Of a DNA stretch of 64,000 nt, positions 51,566 through 61,123 are shown piece after piece (position 1 is the first letter of the stretch; every line of letters starts with the position of its first letter). The stretch covers positions 1,216,001-1,280,000 of the forward strand of contig JBMNEZ010000001.1 in NCBI GenBank assembly GCA_050949045.1. The letters are read 5' to 3'. A program made the translations under genes and the position numbers. The notes beneath the pieces were generated by a model. The model had not been told where the DNA came from. It worked only from the letters and a program-made list of their open reading frames with translations, and did not search any database. Origin of the DNA: Candidatus Izemoplasmatales bacterium. Lineage in GTDB: Bacteria; Bacillota_I; Bacilli_A; Izemoplasmatales; Hujiaoplasmataceae.

Positions 51566-52312
51566 GTGGCTTATTTTACATTAATCGCAGTCGTCACTTA
51601 TTTATATGCGATATTTCTATTGACGCTCAGAACGAAAGTCAGCCATAAGGCAATCCGCCCCAGCAAGGGGTTGCTGATTGTTTTTTCGATAGTGCTGATT
51701 ATTGCCTTGGCTCTCGATCCCGGAATCAAGTGGGAACTTGCGTCCAAAATATTTGCGCTCCTACCTCTTCCTTATATTCTGGTAATGATGTATTTGAATG
51801 AAATCAAGGCACTGAACAAAAAAATCGGCTTTTTCAAAAACAAGAAACACCGACTCACAAAAACCGACAATGATCTGGCAGACAAGCTTCTCGAAACTGT
51901 CGATTTTTTGCAAACCCGCAAAATTGGAGCCTTGATTACCATTGAAAGAGAAATCAATCTTTCTGCTTTCATCAGCAAAGCGATGATGATCAACGCTCCG
52001 GTCACGAGCGAACTTCTCGCCTCCATCTTCATTCCAACAACGCCTCTTCATGACGGGGCCGTCATTATTCGCGACAACGCAATCCTCTGCGCCAAAGCAT
52101 ACTTTCCCTCAACCGAAAGAACCGATCTTCCCCTCCATCTCGGAACCAGACATCGAGCGGCCATTGGCATCAGTGAACAAAGCGATTCGCTGACAATCGT
52201 CGTTTCGGAGGAAACCGGCTACGCCAGTGTCGCCATCAATCGCCAATTGGACTACAACGTCAGCAAAGAAACACTGAATCTCTACTTCGAAAAATACCTC
52301 AAAATCAAGTAA
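51566..52312 (+). CDS. cdaA: Membrane diadenylate cyclase (CdaA/DacA type)
   Basis: N-terminal TMs; GALITIER, PLHDGAVII, GTRHRAAIG, VSEETG; GTG start after GAGGAGG. Confidence 0.92.
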   Translation: MAYFTLIAVVTYLYAIFLLTLRTKVSHKAIRPSKGLLIVFSIVLIIALALDPGIKWELASKIFALLPLPYILVMMYLNEIKALNKKIGFFKNKKHRLTKTDNDLADKLLETVDFLQTRKIGALITIEREINLSAFISKAMMINAPVTSELLASIFIPTTPLHDGAVIIRDNAILCAKAYFPSTERTDLPLHLGTRHRAAIGISEQSDSLTIVVSEETGYASVAINRQLDYNVSKETLNLYFEKYLKIK

Positions 52313-52331
52313 GCGCCTCGGCGCTTTTTTC
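52311..52331 (+). terminator. Intrinsic terminator after cdaA
   Basis: AAGCGC-ctcg-GCGCTT plus T-tract. Confidence 0.75.
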
Positions 52332-52400
52332 TTGTTTCGATAATAGTATTTTTCGCCCCCCTATGATATAATTTATAAAGATAATAAGGTCATTCGGGAG

Positions 52401-54758
52401 GTGAACCATTTGGAGAAATACGATGTGTTGATCATCGGCAGCGATATCGCCTCTTTGACCGCGGCGCTTTTTCTCGCCAGGAAAATGCGTAGCGTTTCCG
52501 TTTTGATTGATGAAAAAGCCGATGTCATCCCCTCCGCAAGTCTCACTTTGACTGATCCTGAAAACAACAAATACCAGTTTAAATATGATCGTGACGGATT
52601 TCTTCCGGGACTTGATAGCTACGGTCTTGTTCATCAATATACGGAATTGATCGGATTGAAAGACGAGATCAAGGGCGATCTTGTTGAATCCGATTTCATT
52701 ATTCATGAAGACGGATCCGTTAGAAGACGAGATTATGCGTTTGACAGATACAGAGTCTATCTCGTCCGCTATTATCCTAAACAAAGAGATGCCATTCATA
52801 AGTTTTTCCGTGATCTTGAAAATCATTACGACAACTATGTCAGCCAGCAATTGAACATGATCAACAACCGCGACTACACACTGACATCTTTGATGATTGA
52901 GTGGGGCGACTATTCTCTCAAGGATCTTTTGGAAAAATATTTTTCTGATCCAATGATCATCAATGAGTTTTTACTCAACCATCAGATTAATGGAATTGAT
53001 CCGGCACAAGTCAACAGCTATCATTTCTTTTCCCAGATGTTTCTTGAACTCAAAGAAGGACTATGCCGATTACAGACCTCACAGGCGGAAATCAGAGATC
53101 TTTTGATCGAAAAACTTAACATCATTTCCCCAAAATCGGTCCAGAAACGTAGAATTAAAGAATATATCTATGATGATCTTGGAAAAATTACTGAAGTCAT
53201 CGATTATGCAAACAAAAAGATCGTTGCGAAACATTTTGTTGTGAACAGTAAACCCGACCTGTTTTTTAAAACCTATTTTCCTAGTTTTACGGATAACATC
53301 GAGACGATCGAAGCATATTATCCGAATATTCACTCCAAACTGCGGAAAAACACGCTCTATCTTGCCTTGAACAAAAAACCAAGCGCACTTGGAATAACCG
53401 AACTGACTTATCATTTTCCAATAACCATCGAGAAAAAAGCCGGTATTCTGTCACTCTTCAACTACAGCCTCTATGATCCAAAGGCTTGTCCTTCAAAAAA
53501 CGGAATGCTTTGTCTTGATTATGTTTATAACGAAGATACCGCCGTGAAACAAGATGTATTACTAGCAACATTGTATCAATATTTTCCCAAACTTAAAAAA
53601 ACAATAATCGCCATCAAAGAAGGAGTTCCCACACAATTGTTGGCCAATATCAGCCGCGAGGATCTGCGTAAGGGGCTTTCCATTAACAAGCAGATCGAAA
53701 TTGAGGCAGGGGAACACTTGCGGTTTTTTGAGAATTTGCATCTGACCGGCTCTTGGCAGAGACCGGAAGCGGGACTTTATGGCAGTTTCCATAGTGGCAT
53801 CTTTCTTGCCGATCAAATCGAGGAGATACTCTATTTCGGTGATGATGACGACACGTTCTATTACTTGACAAACGATGAGATCATGATGATGATTCGACAT
53901 AATTACGGCAAAAAAACACTTGGGAAAACGGAAATTCACATCAACTTTCATATTGGCAAGACCGATTATTTTGTTAGAACCAAAGCCAAGAATATTACCA
54001 TTCATCATGGTGAATATGCGAATCCCGATCTCTCGATCTACACGACTAACGACAAACTGTCAAATCTGTTATTGAAAAAAGTCACCTTTGATGAGGTGTT
54101 CCAAGGGGGCGGATTCCGCTATACCGGTAGTACCGATTTGTTATATGAAGCGGTATCGGCTTTCGAGTTGGATGACTATCAAGAAGCGAAACCGCGTTTC
54201 CAGCCGCGGACCAAGATCAGAAACCTCGGGTCCTTGTTCTTGTTTGCATATCTTCTTGTATTCAGCGCCGTCGCGCTTGCCCATAATTTCGTCGATATGA
54301 TCTGGCTGGCGCCATTTGCGCTTGGAATTGTTGTTGTACTCGGATTCATCCGACTAAAAACATACCGCAAACTGAACTGGTTTGAATATGCATGGGGCAT
54401 TCTTTACCTATTGATGACAATCTTGGCCATTTTCTGGCCGGCATTTAACACTTGGAGAAACGACGATGTGCTTCTTGGTTTAATGGGAGGCAGTTTCTTC
54501 GTCACTTGGCTCATCAACAAGCCGATTGTCTATGAATTTAGGAAGTATGATTTTCGGCAAGATTATTCTGATTCTAAACTATTCAAAGTCATAAATAACG
54601 GTCTCAATTTTGTCTGGGCACTATTCTTTCTTGTCATTCTGGTCGGAACTCATTTCACCGGAAACGACTATGTAAGCGCCTGGTACAATCTGGTTTTCAT
54701 GGGGATTTTCTTGACTTATGTCTATCCCCTTATCTACGTGAAAACCAACATCAAATAG
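52401..54758 (+). CDS. Fusion of phytoene-desaturase-like FAD fold (degenerate), SCP2 lipid-binding domain and multi-TM domain
   Basis: YDVLIIGSDIASLTAA; ENLHLTGSWQRPEAGLYGSFHSG; SCP2-like INFHIG..YFVR..HGEYANPDLSI..GGFRYTGS.DLL; about six C-terminal TMs. Confidence 0.72.
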   Translation: MNHLEKYDVLIIGSDIASLTAALFLARKMRSVSVLIDEKADVIPSASLTLTDPENNKYQFKYDRDGFLPGLDSYGLVHQYTELIGLKDEIKGDLVESDFIIHEDGSVRRRDYAFDRYRVYLVRYYPKQRDAIHKFFRDLENHYDNYVSQQLNMINNRDYTLTSLMIEWGDYSLKDLLEKYFSDPMIINEFLLNHQINGIDPAQVNSYHFFSQMFLELKEGLCRLQTSQAEIRDLLIEKLNIISPKSVQKRRIKEYIYDDLGKITEVIDYANKKIVAKHFVVNSKPDLFFKTYFPSFTDNIETIEAYYPNIHSKLRKNTLYLALNKKPSALGITELTYHFPITIEKKAGILSLFNYSLYDPKACPSKNGMLCLDYVYNEDTAVKQDVLLATLYQYFPKLKKTIIAIKEGVPTQLLANISREDLRKGLSINKQIEIEAGEHLRFFENLHLTGSWQRPEAGLYGSFHSGIFLADQIEEILYFGDDDDTFYYLTNDEIMMMIRHNYGKKTLGKTEIHINFHIGKTDYFVRTKAKNITIHHGEYANPDLSIYTTNDKLSNLLLKKVTFDEVFQGGGFRYTGSTDLLYEAVSAFELDDYQEAKPRFQPRTKIRNLGSLFLFAYLLVFSAVALAHNFVDMIWLAPFALGIVVVLGFIRLKTYRKLNWFEYAWGILYLLMTILAIFWPAFNTWRNDDVLLGLMGGSFFVTWLINKPIVYEFRKYDFRQDYSDSKLFKVINNGLNFVWALFFLVILVGTHFTGNDYVSAWYNLVFMGIFLTYVYPLIYVKTNIK

Positions 54759-54783
54759 ATTTCAACGAAAGGAGAGACGTCGA

Positions 54784-55956
54784 TTGGAAGATTTATTCAT
54801 CTACGTTTGTCTGGGTATGATGACTTTGCTTTTTGTACTAAGCGGTGCCATCTATCGAAAAGTCCATATTTGGAAAGCGATTCTCTTAGTGGTGTTCGCG
54901 CTTGTCTATTTAGTCATCAAGTTTTTTCCTGACTGGCTTTCGTTTGTTTCCCTTGTCAAATTCAAAGAATATTACGGATATGCCCTATATCTTGGTAGCG
55001 TTGTTTTCGCAATTACTCTTAAACGCAAGATCAGAATCACACAGAATCTGACCGACTACGACTTTTTTGAATTAGAAAAGGAACTCGAAGAAACAAAATC
55101 GACTTCCGACTTGCTTAGGCAAAGGTATATTTCCACCATCAGATTGGTCAGGGAAGCATTGTTTTTCTATAATGAAGATCTCAATGGCCTGTTCGTTACC
55201 GACCAGTTTCTCGATATCACCAAAACAACCAAGCATGAGTATACACTTGAAGAATACACCGATATGATTCATGATGATGATCAGACCTCCTATCTCGGAA
55301 TCATCAAGAAAGCCAGCAAGAAAAACCCTAGTTATGAGATGAAATACCGGATCAAGGCGGGGACCGGATTCATCTGGATTGAAGAAAAGGGCCGCGTCTT
55401 TGAGTTTGACAAGAAACTTCATATCATCGCCGCGGTCAAACCCATCGACATCAAACTGTTTCCGGACACCTCGATCCATGAAATCGATTCGCTGCCCAAC
55501 GAACAGAATCTCCTCGCATATCTGATACAAATAATGAAAGAGCCGGAGCCTTTTTACCTGATCATGATCCAACTGACCAATATTCCCGACATCAACCAAC
55601 GGTTTGGCAGGGATGTGGGTAACCTGATGATCGCTGAGTATATCAAAAAAATGCGGTTCCATTTCGCAAAAGACATCAACAGTATTTTTCGAATCACCGG
55701 AATCCAATTCGCTCTGATCATCAAGGAACAGCGGAAGTACGATGTCCTCTACCGCGCTCTTCAAAGCGGAGGCGATCTCGTGAATTTGATGCTCAATATT
55801 GGCGGCATTCAACAGATCGTCTATCCCAATCTCGGCATCGTTCGCCATGAGCCTTGGTCCGAGTATTCGGTTTCGGAACTCAATAGTCTGGCAAATAAGA
55901 CATTGAGCGAGGCGATCCGGAATCAAAAACGCAATTACTCCATATACGGAGAATGA
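54784..55956 (+). CDS. Membrane PAS + degenerate GGDEF-domain protein
   Basis: Three N-terminal TMs; PAS (IHDDD..YEMKYRI..IWIEEKG); DSLPN, INQRFGRDVGNLMI, FRITGIQF in place of RxGGDEF. Confidence 0.8.
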   Translation: MEDLFIYVCLGMMTLLFVLSGAIYRKVHIWKAILLVVFALVYLVIKFFPDWLSFVSLVKFKEYYGYALYLGSVVFAITLKRKIRITQNLTDYDFFELEKELEETKSTSDLLRQRYISTIRLVREALFFYNEDLNGLFVTDQFLDITKTTKHEYTLEEYTDMIHDDDQTSYLGIIKKASKKNPSYEMKYRIKAGTGFIWIEEKGRVFEFDKKLHIIAAVKPIDIKLFPDTSIHEIDSLPNEQNLLAYLIQIMKEPEPFYLIMIQLTNIPDINQRFGRDVGNLMIAEYIKKMRFHFAKDINSIFRITGIQFALIIKEQRKYDVLYRALQSGGDLVNLMLNIGGIQQIVYPNLGIVRHEPWSEYSVSELNSLANKTLSEAIRNQKRNYSIYGE

Positions 55957-55983
55957 TCTATTGATATTTATGATCGGAGACAT

Positions 55984-56637
55984 ATGATGTATCAAGCACT
56001 GATTGTCGCTGCCGGTTCAGGGTCGAGAAGCGGCCTCAGCTATAATAAGAATCTGTACCTTCTCAAAAACAAGCCAATGATTCTCTATAGTGTTGAAAGG
56101 TTTCTTGAGGACAAAGACTGTGAAGGTGTCATCATCGTCTGTTCTGAAAGCGATAAAGACAGTTTTTCACTGATTTTGGAAGACAAAGCCCGGCTTGTCA
56201 TCGGAGGAACGACCCGTCAAATCAGCGTATCTAATGGGTTGAACCACATACATTCCAAATACGTTCTAATTCATGACGGCGCCAGGCCCAATTTAAAAAA
56301 AAGTGCAATCGCCGCTATCAAAGCCCAACTTAGTCTGGTTGATGCCGCAACGCTCTGTGTTGTTGCTAAAGACGCTTTAGCGTCTGTAGGCAAAGGAATG
56401 ATCACCCATATCATCGATAGGGAGAGTACGGTACAGATTCAGACCCCACAAGGATTTCTTACCTCCAAGATCATCAAAGCGCATCAACTAGCGAAAGCGC
56501 ATAAACACAAATATCCCGATGACGCTTCGTTAATCTGGTCGGAACTAAAGGAGAAAGTCGCCGTCGTTCCCGGCGATTCAAATAACATCAAAGCCACAAC
56601 GGCTGATGACTTTGTAGTATTGGAGGCTTTACTATGA
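55984..56637 (+). CDS. ispD: 2-C-methyl-D-erythritol 4-phosphate cytidylyltransferase
   Basis: AAGSGSR, GGTTRQISV.NGL, LIHDGARP, QTPQGF, NIKATT. Confidence 0.93.
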   Translation: MMYQALIVAAGSGSRSGLSYNKNLYLLKNKPMILYSVERFLEDKDCEGVIIVCSESDKDSFSLILEDKARLVIGGTTRQISVSNGLNHIHSKYVLIHDGARPNLKKSAIAAIKAQLSLVDAATLCVVAKDALASVGKGMITHIIDRESTVQIQTPQGFLTSKIIKAHQLAKAHKHKYPDDASLIWSELKEKVAVVPGDSNNIKATTADDFVVLEALL

Positions 56638-57125
56638 TCAGAATCGGTTTTTCCAAAGATATTCATCCGCTGGTTTCGGGAAGGCCGTTCATTCTCGGCG
56701 GCGTCGAGATTGAACACGACAAAGGCCCTATCGGTCATTCCGACGCCGATTGTCTGCTTCATGCCATTTCCGAATCGATCCTCGGAGCGCTTGCACTTGG
56801 TGATCTCGGGAAATACTTTCCCAACGAGAATCCAGAGTACGAGGGCTATGATTCAGCGTTGATCCTCAAAGAAGTTTTCACATATGTCAAGAACAAAGGC
56901 TATGAGATCCACAATCTTGATTGCATGGTTTCGCTCGAAAAACCAAAGCTAAGGCCTTATATTGACAAAATGCGGCAGCGGATCGCCGACATTTTGGAAA
57001 CCGACATCGACAAAATTTCGATCAAGACGACCACCTTTGAGGGACTCGGGATCGTCGGCGAAGAAAAAGCGATCATCTGCGAGGCGGTTGTCCTGCTTGA
57101 AAACGATATGCTTTTGATGCTCTAA
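56634..57125 (+). CDS. ispF: MEcPP synthase
   Basis: RIGFSKDIH, GHSDAD, LGDLGKYFP, KTTTFEGLG. Confidence 0.95.
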   Translation: MIRIGFSKDIHPLVSGRPFILGGVEIEHDKGPIGHSDADCLLHAISESILGALALGDLGKYFPNENPEYEGYDSALILKEVFTYVKNKGYEIHNLDCMVSLEKPKLRPYIDKMRQRIADILETDIDKISIKTTTFEGLGIVGEEKAIICEAVVLLENDMLLML

Positions 57126-57143
57126 GGCCAGATGGCCTTTTTT
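57124..57143 (+). terminator. Intrinsic terminator after ispF
   Basis: AAGGCC-agat-GGCCTT plus T-tract. Confidence 0.75.
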
Positions 57144-57228
57144 CTTATACCAGAAAATCCAACAAGGGTTTTTACTTTATCTTTTCAGAGATTGTGATAC
57201 AATAAATAATGCAAGGAGTTGAGCCCCG

Positions 57229-57519
57229 ATGATTGAAATGATCGAAACCATCCACGGCGAGTTCGAACTAATCAAAAATTATCGTGATGCCTTCGTTTTG
57301 GACGACTTTAACAAGCGCTATACCGATATCTTTGACATTTACCCATATCTTGTCGGCGACTATTCGGCCGGCCTTTTGCGACTCAAGGGTTTTGCGATGA
57401 CAGGGCCGAACAGCTTCAAGTTCATTCCGGACTATTTATTGGAGTCTTGCCCGATGAACTGTGCTTTCTACATTCTTAAAAATCCCCATTTCAATTCCAA
57501 GAAAAATCGGGAAGAGTAA
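57229..57519 (+). CDS. YutD-like (DUF1027) protein
   Basis: ELIKNYRDAF, YLVGD...LRLKGF, DYLLESCPMNCAFYILK. Confidence 0.85.
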   Translation: MIEMIETIHGEFELIKNYRDAFVLDDFNKRYTDIFDIYPYLVGDYSAGLLRLKGFAMTGPNSFKFIPDYLLESCPMNCAFYILKNPHFNSKKNREE

Positions 57520-57530
57520 AGAAGGATAAT

Positions 57531-57767
57531 ATGACGCAGGAAGAAATCATCATTGAAATTAAAGAAATAATCAACTTGATTAGACCATATATCCGCCGTC
57601 ACGGCGGCGACATCGAATTTGTCAATTTCGAAGATGGAATCGTCTATGTCAAGATGTCGGGAGCCTGTATTGGCTGCCTTGGCTTTGAGAGCACGCTTAA
57701 GGAAATAGTCGAGGACACCATCCTTGAACGAATTCCCGGCGTGATCGGCGTTGAGCATATCTGGTAG
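57531..57767 (+). CDS. NifU C-terminal domain Fe-S scaffold/carrier
   Basis: IRPYIRRHGGDIE, GACIGC, TLK. Confidence 0.9.
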   Translation: MTQEEIIIEIKEIINLIRPYIRRHGGDIEFVNFEDGIVYVKMSGACIGCLGFESTLKEIVEDTILERIPGVIGVEHIW

Positions 57768-57775
57768 GAGGATAT

Positions 57776-58264
57776 ATGAACGAGAAAAACATGAAAGAAC
57801 TATGTATCAAAATGATCGAAGAACGGGGTTGCAAGATTGACGACATCATCAAAATCGTCTATGATCTGCAAAAAAAGTATATACCCAATCTCCAATATGA
57901 CGTCTGCGGGGACGCAGTTGACAGGGTGCTCGGCAAACGGGATGTCCAGTACACAATACTTACAGGAATCGAACTCGATTATCTTGCCGAAAACGAAAAA
58001 CTCCGCGAGCCGCTCCAGTCGCTTGTCAACGACGACAATCCCCTTTTCGGCATCGATGAGATTCTTGTCCTTTCCATCTGCAATCTCTATGGGTCGATCG
58101 GGTTGACGAATTTCGGCTACGTCGACAAAGTCAAGCCCGGCATCATCGGCAAGCTTGACAAAGAAGGCAAGGAAACCAGCAAATGCCACACCTTTCTCGA
58201 TGATATCATCGGAGCCATCGCCGCCGCCGCGGCAAGTTCGGTAGCCCACAATTCCCATGATTGA
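57776..58264 (+). CDS. Phosphatidylglycerophosphatase A family (YutG-like)
   Basis: TGIELD, FGIDEIL, YGSIGLTNFGYVDK.KPGII, FLDDIIGAIAAAAA. Confidence 0.9.
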   Translation: MNEKNMKELCIKMIEERGCKIDDIIKIVYDLQKKYIPNLQYDVCGDAVDRVLGKRDVQYTILTGIELDYLAENEKLREPLQSLVNDDNPLFGIDEILVLSICNLYGSIGLTNFGYVDKVKPGIIGKLDKEGKETSKCHTFLDDIIGAIAAAAASSVAHNSHD

Positions 58265-58314
58265 TATTTCGTTTCCGGTTCGGATAACTCTCAGTTTTTT
58301 CAGGAGGTGGAACC

Positions 58315-58650
58315 ATGAAAGTCGGCGATATTGTCAAAGGACGTATCACCAACATCAAGCCCTATGGGGCGTTTGTCAGAATTGATGATGAAACCAACGG
58401 GCTGATCCATATTTCGGAGATAAGTGATCAATATGTGAGCAACATCGAAGATATCTTTAAGGTCGGCGAGATCGTCGAATTACAGGTCATCAAAATTACC
58501 GACGACAACAAAATCAGTCTGAGTCATCGCAGTGTTGCCCGAAAAAAAAGACAGAGATATCAGGAAGTCACACTCACCGAGGGGTTTAAACCTTTTGAAA
58601 AAAAGTTGTCGGAATGGATTGACAATTATCCCAAGAAAAAAGACGAATGA
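58315..58650 (+). CDS. S1 RNA-binding protein (YugI/GSP13-like)
   Basis: GRITNIKPYGAFV, GLIHISEIS, KISLS, GF.P..KKL.EWI. Confidence 0.9.
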   Translation: MKVGDIVKGRITNIKPYGAFVRIDDETNGLIHISEISDQYVSNIEDIFKVGEIVELQVIKITDDNKISLSHRSVARKKRQRYQEVTLTEGFKPFEKKLSEWIDNYPKKKDE

Positions 58651-58737
58651 CCTTTCGTCTATTTTATATATGATTAAATATATAAGTAGTTTTATTTCGG
58701 TTCATGATATAATCATTGGCGAACAAGGAGGAATCAG

Positions 58738-60090
58738 ATGGAAAAACATCTTAATTTAGACAGTTTTCATGCCATCGATTTTGTGGATAAACAAGAAATC
58801 GAGAACATCCAAACAGACATCACCAAGGCGAGGAAAATGCTGGAGAACAGAAACGGTCCCGGCGGCGAATTCACAGGTTGGCTAAACCTCCCCGATAAAT
58901 TCGACAAGGATGAACTCGATCAAATAATAGAGGCCGCAAAAAAAATCAGGAAACAATCGAAAATCCTGGTTGTGATCGGCATCGGCGGTTCATATCTCGG
59001 AGCCAAGGCCGCTATCGAGATGCTCTCGTCCTATTTCACCAAGAAAAGACGCCTTGAAGTCATTTTTGCCGGGCACAATATGTCCGCACAGTATTTATCC
59101 GAACTGACCGACTACCTTCAGGGCAAGGATTTTTCAATCAATGTCATCTCCAAATCCGGAATGACGACGGAGCCGGCGATCGCTTTCAGGGTATTGAAAA
59201 AACTAATTGAAAAGAAATACGGTCATGAAGCCAAAAACCGCATCTACGTCACGACAGACCCTAAAAAGGGAGAGCTCAGAAATATAGCAATCAAGGAAGG
59301 CTATGAAACATTTGTCATTCCGAGCGATATCGGCGGCCGTTACAGCGTCTTGACGGCGGCGGGGCTGTTGCCGATTGCGGCTGCCGGTTTCAATATCAAA
59401 CAGATTATTCGAGGGGCTAAAGCCTCACGCAGAGCTTATAAGAAAATGGGGATTTGGGAAAACGATGCCCATCTTTATGCCGCACTCAGAAACCTGCTTT
59501 ACAGAAAAGGCTATCAAATCGAAATGCTCATCAATTATGAACCGAAACTGCTAAGTTTCTCCGAATGGTGGAAACAACTGTTTGCCGAATCGGAAGGAAA
59601 GGATCATAAAGGCCTTTTCACCGCCTCTGCCAGTTTCTCAACCGATCTTCATTCCCTCGGACAATACATCCAAGACGGAAAGAGGATCTTGTTTGAGACA
59701 GTCATTCAGATCGAAAAATCAAAGTCGGATATCATAATCGAGCCCAACGCGGAGAACCTCGAAGAACTTAATTATCTCAAAGGGCTAAGCCTTGATTTTA
59801 TTAATAAAAAAGCATTTCAGGGAACACTGATCGCCCATGAAATAGGAAAAGTGCCCAATCTGGTGATCACGATTCCCGAGATAAATGAATATTTAGTTGG
59901 TTATCTATTCTATTATTTTCAACTTGCCTGTGCTGTAAGCGGCTATGTCCTTGAGGTCAATCCCTTCGACCAACCCGGAGTCGATGCTTACAAAAACAAC
60001 ATGTATGCTTTACTGGGGAAACCCGGATATGAAAAATTAAGAAGTGAATTAGAAAACAAACTAGCAAAAAAGAACAATCACCAAGGTTGA
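58738..60090 (+). CDS. pgi: Glucose-6-phosphate isomerase
   Basis: GIGGSYLG, SKSGMTTEP, GGRYSV, QLFAESEGK, DLHSLGQ, PFDQPGV. Confidence 0.96.
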   Translation: MEKHLNLDSFHAIDFVDKQEIENIQTDITKARKMLENRNGPGGEFTGWLNLPDKFDKDELDQIIEAAKKIRKQSKILVVIGIGGSYLGAKAAIEMLSSYFTKKRRLEVIFAGHNMSAQYLSELTDYLQGKDFSINVISKSGMTTEPAIAFRVLKKLIEKKYGHEAKNRIYVTTDPKKGELRNIAIKEGYETFVIPSDIGGRYSVLTAAGLLPIAAAGFNIKQIIRGAKASRRAYKKMGIWENDAHLYAALRNLLYRKGYQIEMLINYEPKLLSFSEWWKQLFAESEGKDHKGLFTASASFSTDLHSLGQYIQDGKRILFETVIQIEKSKSDIIIEPNAENLEELNYLKGLSLDFINKKAFQGTLIAHEIGKVPNLVITIPEINEYLVGYLFYYFQLACAVSGYVLEVNPFDQPGVDAYKNNMYALLGKPGYEKLRSELENKLAKKNNHQG

Positions 60091-60244
60091 CAAAACCAGA
60101 ATACGATTAATATAAAAAGACGCCTCCATTAACAAAACAGGAGACGTCTTCTTTATGTTTCAGGGAGAAATTAACGATAGAGATCAATTGCTTATCAATG
60201 CAATATCAGTGTCTGATGATTGAAATCCATTTCAAAAAACGGTT

Positions 60245-61123
60245 TTATTTTGCTTTAAACGATTTGAGTAGAGCACGCTTGTTAAAGGCAATGAATTCTC
60301 GAGAGAACAAATGACTGACGGAAAACTCAGTTACATTTTCCAAAACCTCGCCATCGGCTTGAAAGAAACGCGATTTGGAACTTTTGACCTGGATTTCTTT
60401 TCCTTTAAGCACAGTTACCCATTTGCGAAGACCGGTATGAAGACCTGGATAAATCGACAGAAACAAAACCTGCAATAATAATTTATTAAGATTGTGAATC
60501 ACGCAGATTGTGAAATCCGTCGCTTCAATGTCGGCTTCTGGGGCTACTTTCATGCCGCCACCAAAATATTTGCCATTTTGAACAGCAGTGAAGAAACAGT
60601 CACGATAATGCGCACTAACGCCATCAACGATAACGTCCATTTCGGCAGGTTCGAAATTTGCCGTTGCTTTGAAGACATTTTTAAAATAGGCCAATTTATT
60701 TTTTTTCTTGTCGTTATTCACGTAATGGCATACAGAAGCATCAAAACCGACACCGCAACCATTGATGAATTTGATATCACCGGAATCAGTTTTGGCTACG
60801 CCAATGGTCACGTTTGCCCTGCCTAGGCGTTTTAGACTTCTCAAAAAATCATTTCCCGACCCGCTTTTAGCGAGATAAATGTTTTGCTTGATCTTGCTTA
60901 CGTCGACATTATTTATCAAGTAGTTGATTGATCCATCCCCGCCCAAATAGAGAATATCAGTCAGTTTCGGGTTGTTGTCGAGATATTTGTTGAGGTTATC
61001 AAATTTCAAGGACGACCGTAAAACGAACGGAAGATGGTGACGCTTAAAGAACTTGACGATTTTGTTGGTCATTTTCTTTGATTTTTTGTTGTTTGACAAA
61101 GGATTATGTACGATTAAAAACAT
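60245..61123 (-). CDS. Second diacylglycerol/lipid kinase family protein
   Basis: HNPLS, GGDGS, GSGNDF, G.GFDA, NGKYFGGGM, ADGE. Confidence 0.87.
   Translation of the reverse strand: MFLIVHNPLSNNKKSKKMTNKIVKFFKRHHLPFVLRSSLKFDNLNKYLDNNPKLTDILYLGGDGSINYLINNVDVSKIKQNIYLAKSGSGNDFLRSLKRLGRANVTIGVAKTDSGDIKFINGCGVGFDASVCHYVNNDKKKNKLAYFKNVFKATANFEPAEMDVIVDGVSAHYRDCFFTAVQNGKYFGGGMKVAPEADIEATDFTICVIHNLNKLLLQVLFLSIYPGLHTGLRKWVTVLKGKEIQVKSSKSRFFQADGEVLENVTEFSVSHLFSREFIAFNKRALLKSFKAK

Noticed and set aside
55072..55995. 307-aa minus-strand ORF
   Set aside because: Antisense shadow of the PAS-GGDEF gene; no recognisable motifs
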